A stretch of DNA of 62,416 nucleotides, filler included, from Collodictyon triciliatum (GCA_043381765.1; 5 parts of 5 records of this genome joined end to end with filler, not necessarily neighbours in it); one strand, 5' to 3'; positions 24,971-39,711 are shown, counted from the whole stretch's first letter. Translations and numbers: made by a program. Notes: generated by a model from the sequence alone, not told the origin.

Positions 24971-27900
24971 AAACCGCGAATAAATATCAAAGACCTACCA
25001 ACGCATAATAACAATGATAAACACTCAAATTCTGACTACCCTTATCGAATTTTGCATTCACATAACCTTATCGCAGAGCCGAAACCATCGTTGCGCCCAG
25101 TTAGCGCTGTGGAGGTTAATAAAGACGAAAAGATAGCCATCCTCGAATATGAGCTACGTATTGCTTACGAAGACTTGGAGAAAATGAGAGAACGTCTATT
25201 GAGTCTGCAAAATCAAATCCAGATGCAAGGAGTGCCTATCATGACACAATCAGGCAAACAGAAAGTGAGTCAATATGTGACTCAACTAATTCCATTTTAG
25301 TTCGATAAACTAAAAGTTTTTTTTTTTTAGTTTGAACATACAATAGCATGTCTCAATGTCTCCGTAATTAACAATAATATTTATTTTATTTTGCATACTT
25401 TCATTCCTGCTCCTTTATTTCCTTCAGGACCTAAGTGCATCCACTCCGCCAAGTGGTCGCCTTCAAAGCAGTCCATCCGGTGATGGCACAGATTCCTCTG
25501 GAGTCGCAAATTTATATTCAGAGCCGATAAAAACACACGAAAAGCGTATCCTTAATCATTTAATAAAGAAATTCCTCCTCAACAACGGTTACAAACTGAC
25601 AGCGCTCACACTGAATGACGAGGTATAATCTATGCAAATTTCATAAAACGACATGCGCGCTTATTTTATTGGGTTCCACATGCAGCAGATGTCAAATATA
25701 GGATTGTTTCATTGTTCCTTTTTCCTTTTCCCTTTCCTTTTCCCTTTCCCTTTTTCCTTTTTCCTTTTTCCTTTTCCCTTTTTCCTTTTTCCTTTTTCCC
25801 TTTTTCCTTTTCCCTTTTTCCTTTTCCCTTTTTCCTTTTCCCTTTTTCCTTTTTTCTTTTTCTTTTTCTTTTTCTTTTTCTTTTTTCTTTTTCTTTTTCT
25901 TTTTCTTATTTGTCCGAACTTACCAATCGCTTCTACGTTACCTAGTGCTCTGTGCTTGTGTTGATTTCTTTTAACATTACAGGTGGCGGACCAGAGACTG
26001 GATGACACCAGTGACATTGGATCTCCAGTCGGGTTTCCTCCTGAGCTCTTCCATCTGATACGCGCATACAACGCCCTTCCGTCATCAATGTCCTTCAAAC
26101 AGGTAAATCCCTGTCTATAATGCGTATCTGTGTGAGACGCGCACGATTTCATACTTTATCTTTCTCTCCTTTATCACCAAAATTTGGTGTATATATTAAT
26201 TATGTTGTCTAATCTGTTAATACAGGCCAAGAAGCGACGAGAATCGCGTTCAGATTTACGTTTGGGTGATTCTGAGGTGAACCTCCTTTGACCTTAAAAC
26301 GCTGTTGTTTTAGATATCATGAGAGATATCCAACATAATCCATTTTTTTCTTCTTGATATCTTCCATCACACCAAACAGATGTCTTGAAATTCAATCACC
26401 GCTCATCTTATTTTCTCACTAATATTTGTGGTTGCATCTATCTCGCCAACCTCCATCACCTCCAAAATATCAACAGGCGCCCCTGTCCCCGAGTGTGTCT
26501 ATCAATGGCTCCTTGGATAAAATTGCTGACATATCTGATGAGTTGGAGATTACTTTGGAAAAGAAAGCAGGTATACGTCATCATGAGTTGAAATATCTTC
26601 AAAGTGTCTTTTCTATTTGGTCGTCGTTCCCTCCTTTATCAATTGTCTCTTCATATCCCTTGCAGACGAGCCCACAAACGCCGTTGAGGATGCTGCCGCT
26701 GAACCTGTTGTCGAAAGCTCAAAAGATTCTAAAGTGATATCTCTCAATACTCTGAAAATTGTTGAAACCCATAATTCCTCCGACCAAGTGGAAAATTATT
26801 TCAAAAATCTTAAATATTCACGCTTGCATGTCTCTGTCACTCATGAATCATCAATGTCTTTTTGCAATATCTTGTTGATTAGAGAATGAAGTTTACCCGC
26901 AAACATATGAGACTCATCACCGCGACGAAAGTACGAATACTCAATTTTTAGAGTTTAATGTCGGTGCTTTCCTTTCCTTTAAAATTGAAAATAGTGAATC
27001 AAAATCTAGAGTAATAGACTGATTGATAAAAAAAAAAATACATAAACAAATTAATCAGGTACAAGAGGAGGAATCACAGCCAGAAGATGAATTGAGCCGC
27101 ACTTTGCGTGAAGATCTACAAAAAAGAGTAAACATTTGTTGATCAGAAATGAACAAACACCGTCTATCGTAAAGCACATCTTGTAGCTTTATTATTGAAC
27201 GGGGACTCTAATACATTCTCCTTGAACTCTAATTTGGATTCTTTTGTTTTATTCTGAGCAGCATTTACTTACATAATAGCATATGTTTTCTCTTAAAAAA
27301 TTATACAAATACCCATGTAGATGGCCATTCTCGGAGACGGATTGATTGATGATGCTGAAGGGTTTGTGCGATTGATGGCAGACTCCCTCCCGCATATCGT
27401 ACCCAACGTGCTTCTGAATAAGAGAGAGGTACTCTTTGTTCCTTTCCATTAATGAATACAACATGTAAAGGCAAATAGGAGCAAATCTCTGTGAAATTTA
27501 ATTCAAGTAGCTGACATATTAATCACTTTTCTGACTTGCCATCTTCAAAAAGGAACTGATCCCTGTACTCGTGGGAACCATCGGTCTTCATCCAGATGCC
27601 AAAATACGCGATTCTCTTACTCACATGCTGTAAGTTTTAACCAAGCGGCGGTATTCCTCCATCTTGTCCTTTTGTATTTCAATCGAGGGAATTGGTGCCT
27701 CTTTTCTTTCAAATAAATCCGACGATGGTGCAGAAATTGTACTCATGACATTTATCTGACATTCTTTAAATCATGAAATAACCTATAGATTCAATCTGAT
27801 AAAGAAGCCTGATGACAAGCAAAGAAAAATCATTCTAGCGGGTTGCATTTCCTTGGCTAGGACCCTTGGCGCAGATAGAACAGGGGAGGAACTCCTTCCA

Positions 27901-30900
27901 CAGTGCTGGGAGCAGGTATTTCTATTTAGCAATGCTGATTTACTGGTGAGCACTACACATATCACCTATGTAGTTTTTTTTTTTTGAAGCACATAAAATG
28001 ATTATGTCGATCTTTTTGTCCTATTTATGATTTAAGAAATGATAAACTATGCTATCGACCCCATCTCATGCAGATTAGCCACAAACATGTCGAACGCCGA
28101 ATACTGGTTGCAGATTTCTGTGGAGCTCTTGCGCCATATACCCGACCTGATTTGCGTTCTTCATTGATGCCGTCAATCCTTTCCCAGGTCTTTTTATCTT
28201 TCTTTTTCTTTTTCTTTTTCTTTTAAGTTGAAATCTCTACTCAATATCTGAGATAATTACCCACCACATAATTTTTATTTGAGCCTAGTTTCACGCTCGG
28301 TAGGAAAATTCTCTTATATAACTCACCTGCACATAATATCAGCTGGTTGAAGACAGGACACCAGTAGTTCGTCAGGCTGTAGCCCGAAACCTGGCATCTT
28401 TGCTGAAGTTTATTGACGACGAAACTAAGTTTCCGATGGTATCAATCATATGTACCAAAAAAGAAAAAAGGCCTCATATTTTTATCTCTTCAATCCCTGG
28501 TTTCTTATCAGTAATAACTTTTGGTATGTAATGGTCTCTTTCTTCATTTCTATGTAACGTTCAGAGCTTCAAACGTAATTCGTTGCTTTCTTGTCTGTTT
28601 AGCTTATGGACATGGTAATGAAGCTTATTCTTGATGACACTGTGGAGGCTTCTACCACATCAATCAAAGAATTTTTCCCACATTTTACTGAATGGAGTCA
28701 ATCGCATGGATTTCTATGCTCCAAATTAATCCCGTCTCTTCTAAAACAGATGGAGGATTTATCCAGAAGTGTAATACGCCAGTCTCTATCAAACTCACTT
28801 TTTTTTTTAAAAGATTCTCGAAAGACTTTTTGTTTATTTATTCATGCTAAAACACCCAATGAATAACCCACCAGATCATCAAAGAAAAAGATCAAACTGG
28901 TAGTCAGGTTCTCCAAGCATCCCAGCTTTATCAGGTTTTGATCCAGTACATGGAGCAAACGATTCCGTATCTGCAGTTGGAGGTTCTTTTAACTGGTCTG
29001 TAGTTTTGCTTCAGAAATCAGTTGTTAGAAAATACTGAATGTGTTTAACCTCGGTATGCATCGATAACCAGCCCCGTTTGCCGCGGAAATACTGAACGAT
29101 TTCAACCCGGAAAGATATGATGGTAACTTTATTAACCTATCCATTCAAACCATTCGAGCTTGTATTTCGATGATGATACCTATCTGTATGAAAATTATGG
29201 GACTCCCCTTTTATGTATATGTATGTGAGAGGAATGGAGCTAATTCGTTAGGTGTTGCAATAAAATAGCTCAAATTGAAAAGAAACATGGGCGGATTATC
29301 CCAATAAATATATACACATATCTGTTCACAAAGGGTTTCAGTTTCAAGACCCAATTATTATTCGCCTCCAAAAATGCTTCATTAACTCATTTGATAAAGT
29401 CGAGGTGAGACGATGGCTTCCAATGTCCAGTGTTGCAAATAACTTTTTTTTTTATTATTTCTGGAATTATATCAATGTTTCGTTTCCTTTTGATCTTTTT
29501 GATTCTGCTCTCAAAAATGCTCGTGATGCTTTTCATAAGGATATCTCCAAGAGCTGGGCTGGTCTCGATTGGATTGTCGCCACATTTTTACCGAAACTAG
29601 TCAAGTAATATTGTATTTCTTTTTCTTTTGGATATGTAACCAATCCTTAATAAAACAATTTTAATTAGAAATGAAATTTTATCCTTACGCAATAATGCAA
29701 AAAAATAATCATCAAACGAAACTGAATTAAGTGAGATATATATGAGTGCCTCCTAAAAACGAAGCTCTATTTTCAAAATCAGAATGACCGAGGCGTTGCC
29801 GCATTCTTCTCCATGCATCGAATATATTGCGAAGCTTCTGCACACTTTTTGCACCAGCTTTGGGTCAGTGTTTTCCCGGGAGATTGTCAAGTCATACATG
29901 GCTGCGGAAATATCTCGACTGACAAGCAAAATTCGAGATATTCAAGGAATAGGTACTTTATTATCATCATATCCGTTGTTTCTTTTTTCTTCTTCCTTTT
30001 GGGCATTATTGTCTCCTTAACAGAACAGTTCTATGAATTGATTTTTTTGGAAAAAAATTAAATGTTTGATGTGTCTTAAGGATGATACATCCACTCTACT
30101 CTATAAATGTATTTTTTTAAGAAGAAAAGCGATTAATAAAAAAAAATCCCATCATCAGAGCTCGGGTTTTTGATAGAATATGAGCATGCTCGCCAGAGAC
30201 TCATCCGTGTCTATCTCACTGGCGTCCTCGCATGTCTTGATATAGGACAGGTTGTGTATTTTCTACTTATTTTTCCTGCGATAACCAAATGGCCAACGAG
30301 GGCTTGATTGCGCATATCTATATATATATATTTTACTTTTACATGATATAGAATCAAAGATGTCATATAGTCGAAGAGCAGGAAATTTTTATCTTGTGAC
30401 TAAATGTTTGATTTTCTCGTAAACAAATTCGACTGCATTCTCCAGTTGGTCAACACTATTCGAGTATTTATCATGAACATATCTTTGGAAGAGGGTCATT
30501 GGAAGCGTTCCCAGCTTGGTTGTATTTTGAGATGTTTCCCTTTGCTATGGTAATTTCTTATTCTTCTTTACGAAATATTTTTTTTTCCTTTCTTCCTCCT
30601 TTGGCCGTAAGACGTTTTAATTGGGCATTTAAAGTCATCTTCAAAGGATGTCGATGTGTATTGTTTATATTGCACACTTGTGTTGAGGACTAATTGATTG
30701 AAAAATATTTTGCTTGCGAATATCTAAGCAAAATCGAGAGTTTCGACGAAATGGTGTTGGTGATGTTGTGTGAAATGGACGGCTCGAAGGACAGTCATGT
30801 AAAAATATCAGTGGTGGAGTCTCTGAAGGAAATAGTATGTTCAGAACACATTTTAGTCGCATAGCATGAATATTGAAATACACAAATATATGTCCGTTAT

Positions 30901-32227
30901 ACTGGGACCAACAAAATCAAAAAAAAAAACCTATGTTATCCTGATTCGTACAGTTCATAATGTCTTTTTATACTCTAAAACAGGGTCCACTTGTAAATCC
31001 TGACCAAATGCTGAAAAGAATTATTCCGTCTCTTGTTATATATGTAAACGCCTTGAATCTCCAAAAAAAAAAAAAAATAAAAAAAATTAAAACACACGTA
31101 CTTGGTTTCCTTTCCCTCCCTTTTTTTTTCCCCTTTCTTTTCATTCACAAGTGTAATCGTCCTCGGTAATATGCAAGGAAATTATGAATGCAGCAAAACA
31201 ATATAATTCTGCGTAAATGTAGCCAAATATATATATATATATAAGAAATTAATCACCAAATTTTCTCTGACATGCTTTCGTCACTGCAGATTTCTGATGC
31301 TGATGTGAATGTCAAGAAGGCAGCCATATCAGCGCTGGGTAAACTTGCGACCACAACTCACAACCAAGAGGTGCATAACCAATCATAAATAGTCTATTAA
31401 TCCTTCATATTTTCCTTTTACACTCCTTTCTCTATGTTAATTTCGAAAAGAAACCTATCAGCGGGAACTGCCCAACAGAAAAGCATGCTACATATTCTCT
31501 TTCATTTTCAAAGATTTTTTTTTTAAAAAAAAAAACAAACAAGTAGAAGAAAGAGAAAGAAATCGTACACATGGCTCCCTCTCGTCATTTCCCCCATTTT
31601 ATCACCGTCAAGGATATGTTCACAGTAATTCCAACGCAACAGGTGACTGACCGAATAACGACGCAGCTGGATTTGATTATTGCCGAGGGGCAGCAGCAGC
31701 CCGTGAACCATGTCTTGGCGACATTTGCCGTGGTCATACCTCAGAGCCACGAAGCGTTCCGGGACTCATGTAAGTCCAACAACTGCACTCACACTTTCTG
31801 GACAGAGTCAGTACATCTCGCCTTTTCTCATTCTCTCGCCTCCCGCTCTTTGTCTTTCAGTGTCCGGCAACATAATGCGCGTGCAAATACACCCATAAGT
31901 ACATGCTTGTGTGATTCTTGTTATTTACACCGCGGAATAGAAAAAGAAGGAAAATGCGTTGCAAAATCCGCAAAAAAAGAGCAAGGAAGAAAACCTAACC
32001 TCCTTTTTTCATTTTTTTGAAATGAAATGAAATGAAATAAATCAGTTATCCTACCGAAGCTGTACCACATGACATCGCAGATATCAAGTAACCACAACAA
32101 ACTGCAGCGGACGGTCACAGCCACTCTCTTATTCGAGGCGTTTGCGTCTTGCTTGGCCTGTCGTATCCTTCCCAATCTATTTTACTTTATTTTTATTTTA
32201 CATTTTTTTCTCTGTTCAGCTGTCTAT

Positions 32228-32325
<98 letters not shown>

Positions 32326-32834
32326 GTTATTGTTATTGTTATTGTTATTGTTATTATTGGACGAAAGGCATCCATTCTATAAAAACCAGACGCAATTTTC
32401 GGAAAGGAATGTGCCTTTTGTGTCCCACACACCCGAACAACATATGCAGCTTTCCCTTGACAGCTCCGCAGACGATATCAGAGGCGTTGTCTTCGTGGAC
32501 TTGATTCTTCCGAGTCTCCGCATTCTCGTCTCGGTACACTTGCATCTCAATTCCAATTCCAATCCCAATCCCAACCTCAATCTCAAATACTAACACGCGT
32601 CTGGCTTTGCGACAGGACCCCGATTATCTCGAGTCGGCAAACCGCTCGCGGGCACAGTCGATGCTGAAGGACATCGAGGCCACATACCAGTCGGACCTGG
32701 AGTCGGCGGCAAAGTCTGGAGACAACGTCGTTTCGAGACTCTTCCGCGCATCCAACCCGATTCCGAGGCTCAGCGGAGGCGTCATCGGCATGTTCAACAG
32801 GACAGAGAAAGAGGACAAGGAAAAAGACAAGTAG
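24205..32834 (+). CDS. RELCH: RAB11-binding LisH/HEAT-repeat protein RELCH (KIAA1468) homolog, multi-exon
   Basis: FLLAKNYYLTALEFYHEIQEDG, DEKIAILEYELR, PIKTHEKRILNHLIKKFLLNNGYKLTALTLNDE (LisH), SLPHIVPNVLLNKREELIP, LFNLIKKPDDKQRKIILAGC, ELLPQCWEQISHKHVERRILVA, then HEAT-repeat exons. Stop TAG at 32834. Confidence 0.92.
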
Positions 32835-33559
32835 CCTGTGTGCTTCCTCGCCAGGAGGCAGCCACAAGCGTCCTTAACCGTAACCTAAACACACCCCGTC
32901 CAGCCTCTCTTCTTCTCTCCACACTCGCACTCCCTTCCTTTTCCGACTCCGTGTGCTCTCATACTCCGTTTCGCCTGTTTGTCCATCCCTCTTCAGGAAG
33001 GCGGCTGCCCGCAAAACCCTTCCTCGAAGGCCTTGCCTCCTGCGGCCCTTTATCCTGCCAAGGGGACTCCATAAACCAACGCAACCACCCGTCGCCTTCC
33101 TGCATTGCCGTGCGCCCGCCTGCAGCCGCTTCCCACCTGCAGAGTTGGCCGCACCACGCCGCTGCTTCGACGCTCCATCCCACAGGTCACTCCGCGCCCG
33201 TCCACCCGCTCCCGTGCGCCTTTGGCCGCACCTCCTGCCAACACAGCCGCATCTGCGCGTCGCCCCGTGGAGACGGCACACAGGCCAGGCTTCGGTGGCG
33301 CATATGCCGGTAGTGCTGCGCCTCCTGCGAGTCAGCCTCATCCATGCGCACAATCCCGCGCTTCTTTGGCCTCTGCTTTGGGCTGTCCAGCCTGCGCTTC
33401 GGGCAATCCAGTCTGCCTAGTGGCGGGTAGCAATCTGGTTATTCACAGTGCTTTGGGGTGTGTGGTGCGGAGATGGAAGTGCTGATTGGCCACTCGTGTG
33501 TGCGGTGACCCATCCCTCTCTCTCTCTCATCTCTCACTCTCTCATCATCTCCTTCTCCA

Positions 33560-36500
33560 TCATTTTTCAAAGATGTGTGTGGCGGTTAAAGCAGGGTTAC
33601 TTTCTGGTGCGGTGGCTTTGGCGGGCTTCGTGGTCGTTGTTTTGTGCGTGTGTTGGTGTGCTTCGGTGCCCTGCTTTTGGGCGTGTTGTGCATAACCCTT
33701 GACGTGCATGCTGAGCGCTTCGAAAGTTCCTTTGATGCTCTCTTCCGGGAGAATCTCTCTGGGTGCGTGGATTGCAGATTAGTCAAGGATTTGGTGGGGC
33801 GAATGCTCTCAGTCTTCCTGGCTTCCCACCAAACTCTAAACGAAAGGATGAACTTCCTCCCATAAGAAAAGGGGAAGCCACCCCGATGACAAGGGCGGTA
33901 GTTGTGGGGAAGGCACGTGGCTCAAAGATATTGGGGACGCAAGCCTTTTTGGAACACTCACAGGTATTTCTCCGTTATCTCCTCCAGGGTCATGCCGGCC
34001 AACTCGGAAAGACTCGAGCATGTGAGCATCAACTGGCTTGAAAAGGGGTTCAGGTCGGGAATGGCGCAAAGGAACTGCTCGTGCTGACTCTGCTCTGCCA
34101 CCATCCATTCCCTGTCGAACCACGACTGCGGCCTTTGTTAGTTGTACTCCGCCTCAACCCATGCTTTTTGTGTGTTTTCATCCTTTTTGTTGTGGTTCAT
34201 GATGTGTTAAACGGAGCAATTACCCCCTTCCACACGATGCTTTTCTCTGCCTGCCAAACGCACAGCCTTCTTATATATCCGATAATTTCGCTGTCCTGGA
34301 AGCAATGCAGAATGGACTGCCACACAATGTGATATAGCCAAGGTGAGGTTTTGTTTCATGTTCATGCATTCACAATGGTGATTTTGCAAGCATTGAAGTA
34401 TATTTTTCTGGGTAAAAGTTACGATATCGCAAGGTATGTTCACAGTAGATGCATATAAACTTTGTAATTCCGTGTCTGTGTCTGTGCTCCGATTGCTATC
34501 ACAGGATAAAGCATTAGAATTGGCGGCAACAAAAACGAAAAAATTTACAACTATGTACATCGATGGACGAAATGCTTTCGTGTGGGATTGACCTAATCTT
34601 CTGTGGGTCGACTAAAACCAGGAGAACAATCTGCTTTGATGATGCGGATGCCTGGATAAGTTTATCAACCAGACTTTCCAAGGGGGATTTAGGCCCTGTG
34701 TGATTGCGCGACTGGACGGTGTACACAATCACGCCTGTTCGCTCGTCCACCTGAAAGTCACATACACTTCCTTGTCTCTCAAGAAGCATAAACTATGTTT
34801 TTTATGGTGTTTGTTAGTGTTTTACGGCTTCCTAACTAAATGGCTTCGTCCATTCATCATTAATTTATTTTTTTTACTATTTTTTTTCGTCACCTGATTC
34901 TCTCTAAAGGTCTTGAGCATCTTCTTGTTATTCATAACAAACTCGGACGATACAAAAATCTTTATTGGTTGATGCCGGCCTTTGTCGTCTAGTTTTTCTG
35001 GAATCGATTTTCCAGAGGATGCATCACGCGCATCTACGTTTTGATATTAAATGCGGTTTTTTGATTTTTAATATGAGCCAGTAATGAAATCGTAATTTTG
35101 AGGAATTCAGAAATGAGAATATGAATTGATTCAGAATGAAGAAGTCTTGGTCATGTAAAAATTACATTCTACGGGGTAATGCACTTTAGGTGTGGGAGCT
35201 TTTGTCACGCAAAATCCCTTCTGCAGCATGTAAGATTGGAATAAATCCTACAAAAAAGTAATTGTTTTACTCGCAATAACGAAAAAAAAGGGGGATGAAA
35301 AATACCTCTAAATGTGAATCTGCATGTATAGGCTTCATCGAGTTACCTCATGTCCGGAAGCTTTTGCGTGACTCCGTTTCAAAGTCTTTGTCTCATTTAT
35401 TAAAAATTGATTTCTTGTCGAAATTCTGTCCTCCTTAGCGCGTTCAGCGACACAGAATTCTTCACCCACAGAAATATTTTGATTGGGCGACCCAAGGCGA
35501 AGTATTTCAACCGGGATTGTTTTTTGCATTTTTATCCGGTTGATTATATCCTCAGCCATCATTCCTGTGATTTAAAATATGAGATGTTGATCGAATCATT
35601 ATGTTGTGCCTATGCGATAAAATGATAACCTGGGTCTTTGGTTTTTGCTTCTCGATGTCTGTGAGATTCCTTCTTTGATTTGGAGTATATTTTATATTCG
35701 CAATCCAATGGTAAATTGATTGATTCCTTTGGTTCGATTGCATAATTGAGACGAAACTCGTTGGTTATCTGCGCTGCATCTTCAAGGCAGAGCAACTTTG
35801 CGCCGCTAAAGGTATCCTTTGAATAGAACAGGACTTAGAATCTCATTATCTAATCATCGAAACATGCAGTATGCTACCTTGATATTTATCCATGTGCAGT
35901 CTAAAGGTATACACGCAGTTGATAAAACGTCATCAATATCATTTTCCATTAACTTTCGGCTCAAAGGTGCCACTTTATTTAAAATTTTATTTTAATACTC
36001 TAAAATCACAAATTATTGTTGCGAATGATTTAGGTAATGATTCCAAGTATTAAACACTGCACAAACTTGGCAACAGTTTCACCAATGGGTCATTAACCCA
36101 TGTTTCCGACTCAAAGTATACTTTCCACAAGCTCTGGGTGTCAAACGAGCTCAGAAATGTTTTCCACTCTACCAAAGTGCCAGTTTCCTCAGATTTTTTT
36201 GGTGAGAATAGAACACTTCCATCTTCAAGCTCAGGCGTCTCCAACAGCATAATGGGTGTGTCATTATCTAAATTATTCAAAATGATTATTGAAAGTAGAC
36301 ACATTATGTTCTCAGATTTAATCCGCGGTTACCAATTGCGAGCTCATGACAGAAAGAAGGGGTGTGTATATTTGAGATTTCATCGCAATTTTCAATAATC
36401 ACGCTCTCCTTGATGCCAATAAAGGAGGACGCTGCATTACAATTTAGTGAGGATTATAATCTAGACGAGATTATCGGCACATTATTTTTCTTAAAAATAC

Positions 36501-39009
36501 CATCAATTTTTTCTTCTCGATACTTCGTAAAAGTTATCTCGAATTTGTCATCTGCGAAACTGTCCGTGTTGGGAGTATCTAACTCATCAATTAATTCCTC
36601 CTTTTCTTCTGCAATAAAAATTATTTCAAGTCCGGGGGACTCGTCTCGGTGAGAAAGAAAGTTTTCGAGGAACCTAACAAAAACAAAGAAAAAAGGTATT
36701 GTAAATTAATTCGCATGTTTTCCTTTGAAACAAAACAGTTACATCGATCACTTTCACGCTTTAGATGGTGAGTTACCATTTCCTGTTATCCTTTGATTTT
36801 TCAAGCTCCAGCACGTCCCATTCAAATCGAATATAATGAAATATGGTTTCCTGTGCAATATCTGTATTGACGGGGGCTATTTCTAGCTCACTGACGACCA
36901 TCATCGACTCGTAATCTTCACGTGCGAAATCTATATGACCAATCAATTATAATTTTTTTTTATTCTACATTCCGATTTATATCACCAGTCAATTTAAGAA
37001 TATCATTTTTTTTATCACGCGGATGTTTATCTCTCCCAAAAACCTTCTTGCTGGCCAAAATCGTTTCCAAAGTTGTTATAAATGCCATACGGATTGCCCA
37101 AGTCAGAGATATTGTCGAATTCGGGATACTTGCTCTCCATTTTCAATGGGGCAATACTTCGTTCGCCTGGGTGTGTGGTGTGAATAAAACTGGAAGAAAA
37201 AAAAGAAAAGGAGATATCTTTTGTAGTCTTTCACCAATTATAATTGCAATACAAAAATATGGAGGCAGCCAACTTTCAAACTCTTCCTGCTTGAATCCCA
37301 TGAAATTGATAGACTCTGAGTATTTATCGTCTGCCACTTCAGGGTTTTGCAGGAACCATCTATTTATTACAAGTATTAGTATTTAGATTTCTTTCCAAAC
37401 ATCGATTTTTTTCGGCAAATAATGTGTTTAATTCTTGTTATATTTTGTAAAATATACGAGGGTTTACAAGCTTGCTTCCTCGATGATAGTCTCCCTTTTT
37501 TTCATGTAAAATGGCCTCAGCGATTTTGAAAACCTCATATCGCTCCTATTTGATTCTACTGATTTTTTTGAGAGCAATTGATGCTAGTTATTACGATTTG
37601 ATGATTTAGTTTGCTTTAATCGAAATGGAAATACAGAACCCTTGATTACAAGTTACAAACTTTGTATTGTATCGTTTTGATTTACATTTGCAAACGAACG
37701 CGTGATAGTATTGAATTAAAATAATTCATTCCAAACGATATTCATTTTCTTATTGCATGGGTTATAGAGCATGATAAATGAACTCAGTTACACACTTCTT
37801 ACTTTGATAAACATTAGTGTGCTTGGGTTTTAGCTTTCCATGAAACCAATCCTTTCGTTTTGTATGATTTTGTCTGGCAACTTTTCGTCAATCGATGGTG
37901 CAGATTTTTCTCCAAAAAAATGTACAAACCAATCTGGTACCACCAAGTAGAGAACTATGGGAAGAATCTCAAACGAAGAGACGGTATATATCGATTACCT
38001 CCAGCATTTTTGGACGCCAAAATTTCGGGCAAGAATTCATGGAAGGATGGATTCATAGAGATACAAGTCGTTGTTAATCCGATTAAGTCGCTGGAATTTC
38101 CCCCAATTAATTACATTTTTCGCTTTGAATATTATGCGCATTTATCGTGTGCTTGTTGGAATTGTTTTTACGAGAAATAAGATAGCTATTGGATTTTTAA
38201 AAAAAAAATGTTTTTTCTTTGTTTCACCGACAAAAAAAAATACACCGTGAATCAGTTAAATTAGCTGCGAGACTTTATGGCTCCGTTATTTAGAATGGCC
38301 TATTCGATATGTTGTTATCATTCCTTTTTTTTTTTCTTTCTCTCAGCTCAGCTTATCTTCACTGCTCTGTTCCTCCAGAAATTTCTCCCAGCCATTCGTT
38401 CATGACAGAGACTATTCGTTCGCTAATTCTGCAAAATCGGTAATTTCTATATATAAAAAAAAGTGTATCACAGAATACTGCATCTCAGTAGCTGAATGAG
38501 GGAAAGTCTCAATAACACATGTTTATGGTTATTGTTTATTCGTCCGCTTACCTTCATTGGAAGAAAAAAAAAAGTATTGTAATCAAAACGAACTGTCCAT
38601 ACGCTACTCGAATGATTCATCTATGCCAAACATCCTTGTATACAAATTGAGTGAGCATGTTTTATTGAGGGAGTTCATTTGATTGTCACTTTGATTATTG
38701 GCAATACATTTCCACCAGCTACGAGTCAGCATTGGTTGCCATTCATTTTCTAACGCAAAATCAGCAATCCGAGAATTTTTGCCTCAAAATTAGACCGGTG
38801 TGTCTCCTTTCATGTTGAATACTAACCAAATTATGCATTGTATTGTTTGGAAAAATGAATAAATTGCTATCACATAACCCAGATTTTGATGGAGTTTGAC
38901 GTACTGTTGAATGAAAAGCTCGTAAATATGCAGCTGTATGAGTTTCTGCTGAAGGTTTATACGATTCTCGGGTTGGAGAAAGAGAGAGTTTGTTCCGTTT
39001 AAATTGCAT
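33560..39009 (-). CDS. SHOC1: SHOC1/Zip2-like meiotic protein with a C-terminal XPF/ERCC4-like and helix-hairpin-helix region, multi-exon
   Basis: C-terminal exons: LLERQGSVCDFQVDERTGVIVY...LVDKLIQASASSKQIVLLVL; ELQSLYASTVNIPCDIVTF; DSEIIGYIR...WQAEKSI; HEQFLCAIPDLNPFSSQLML...SLSELAGMTLEEI (33962-34083); LPEESIKGTF. This is the motif order of the SHOC1 C-terminus. The 5' exons and the start at 39009 are tentative. Confidence 0.7.
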
Positions 39010-39101
39010 GTGCTCTTTCGTGTGAGAAAGCACAATTTATTTTCCCCTTTCTTTTCGCCATTATTTAGTGTTTGCTTCGAATCCGCTGCTGTCGAAAAAC
39101 A

Positions 39102-39711
39102 ATGCCGAATTCCGCCTCATGGCTCAGACTCGGAGAAGAATGCCAGCAGATAGCTCTTTTCCACGAAGCTCTCGAGGTTGGAAATCTGATATGTTCCCTG
39201 TATTTCCCATTTGGCTACACTTGCGCTTCAGTTTGTTTTTTTTCCCTCTTACTAGTGATACAAACATCAATCACAGGCGTATTCGAACGTCCTTCACTTG
39301 GCAGAGAAGGAGAACCTCGGGCTGAGTATTCTTAAAAACTGCTACGATGCAAAACATATCTGCTATTCGGCGCTTGGGGAGCAGGGTTTGTGGCTTCTTC
39401 CCTTTTCTTTTTCATTTTTTCTTCCCCATGGAAGTGATTCATCAAGAGATTCCAGCAATCAACCGCCTTTTCAAAAAAAACGAAAGAATGATGATGAAAA
39501 AGGTATGTTCATGCACACATCACTATGCTCATCACAATCACGAAAACCAGACTTTGCCCGCGCTGCAATGTTTGCTAAATGCAGGATTGAGAAAAGAATT
39601 AAGGAGAGTCAGTCCGTATCCTGCGAGTGGATTCCTCGGAAGGAAAAGTTGAAAATGATGGTGCGAGAAATAGAATCTGAGGCCAGGAAAAAGCGACGAA
39701 CCAACCAGTGA
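39102..39711 (+). CDS. Small (about 115 aa) three-exon protein with a TPR-like helical N-terminus
   Basis: MPNSASWLRLGEECQQIALFHEALE / AYSNVLHLAEKENLGLSILKNCYDAKHICYSALGEQ / DFARAAMFAKCRIEK..., joined by phase-compatible GT-AG introns. W-LG...EAL-AY fits the TPR consensus. Confidence 0.55.

Noticed and set aside
32840-33500. Overlapping 120-160-aa ORFs on both strands after RELCH
   Set aside because: Expected by chance in GC-rich DNA, with no motifs; probably 3' UTR or intergenic sequence between convergent genes.
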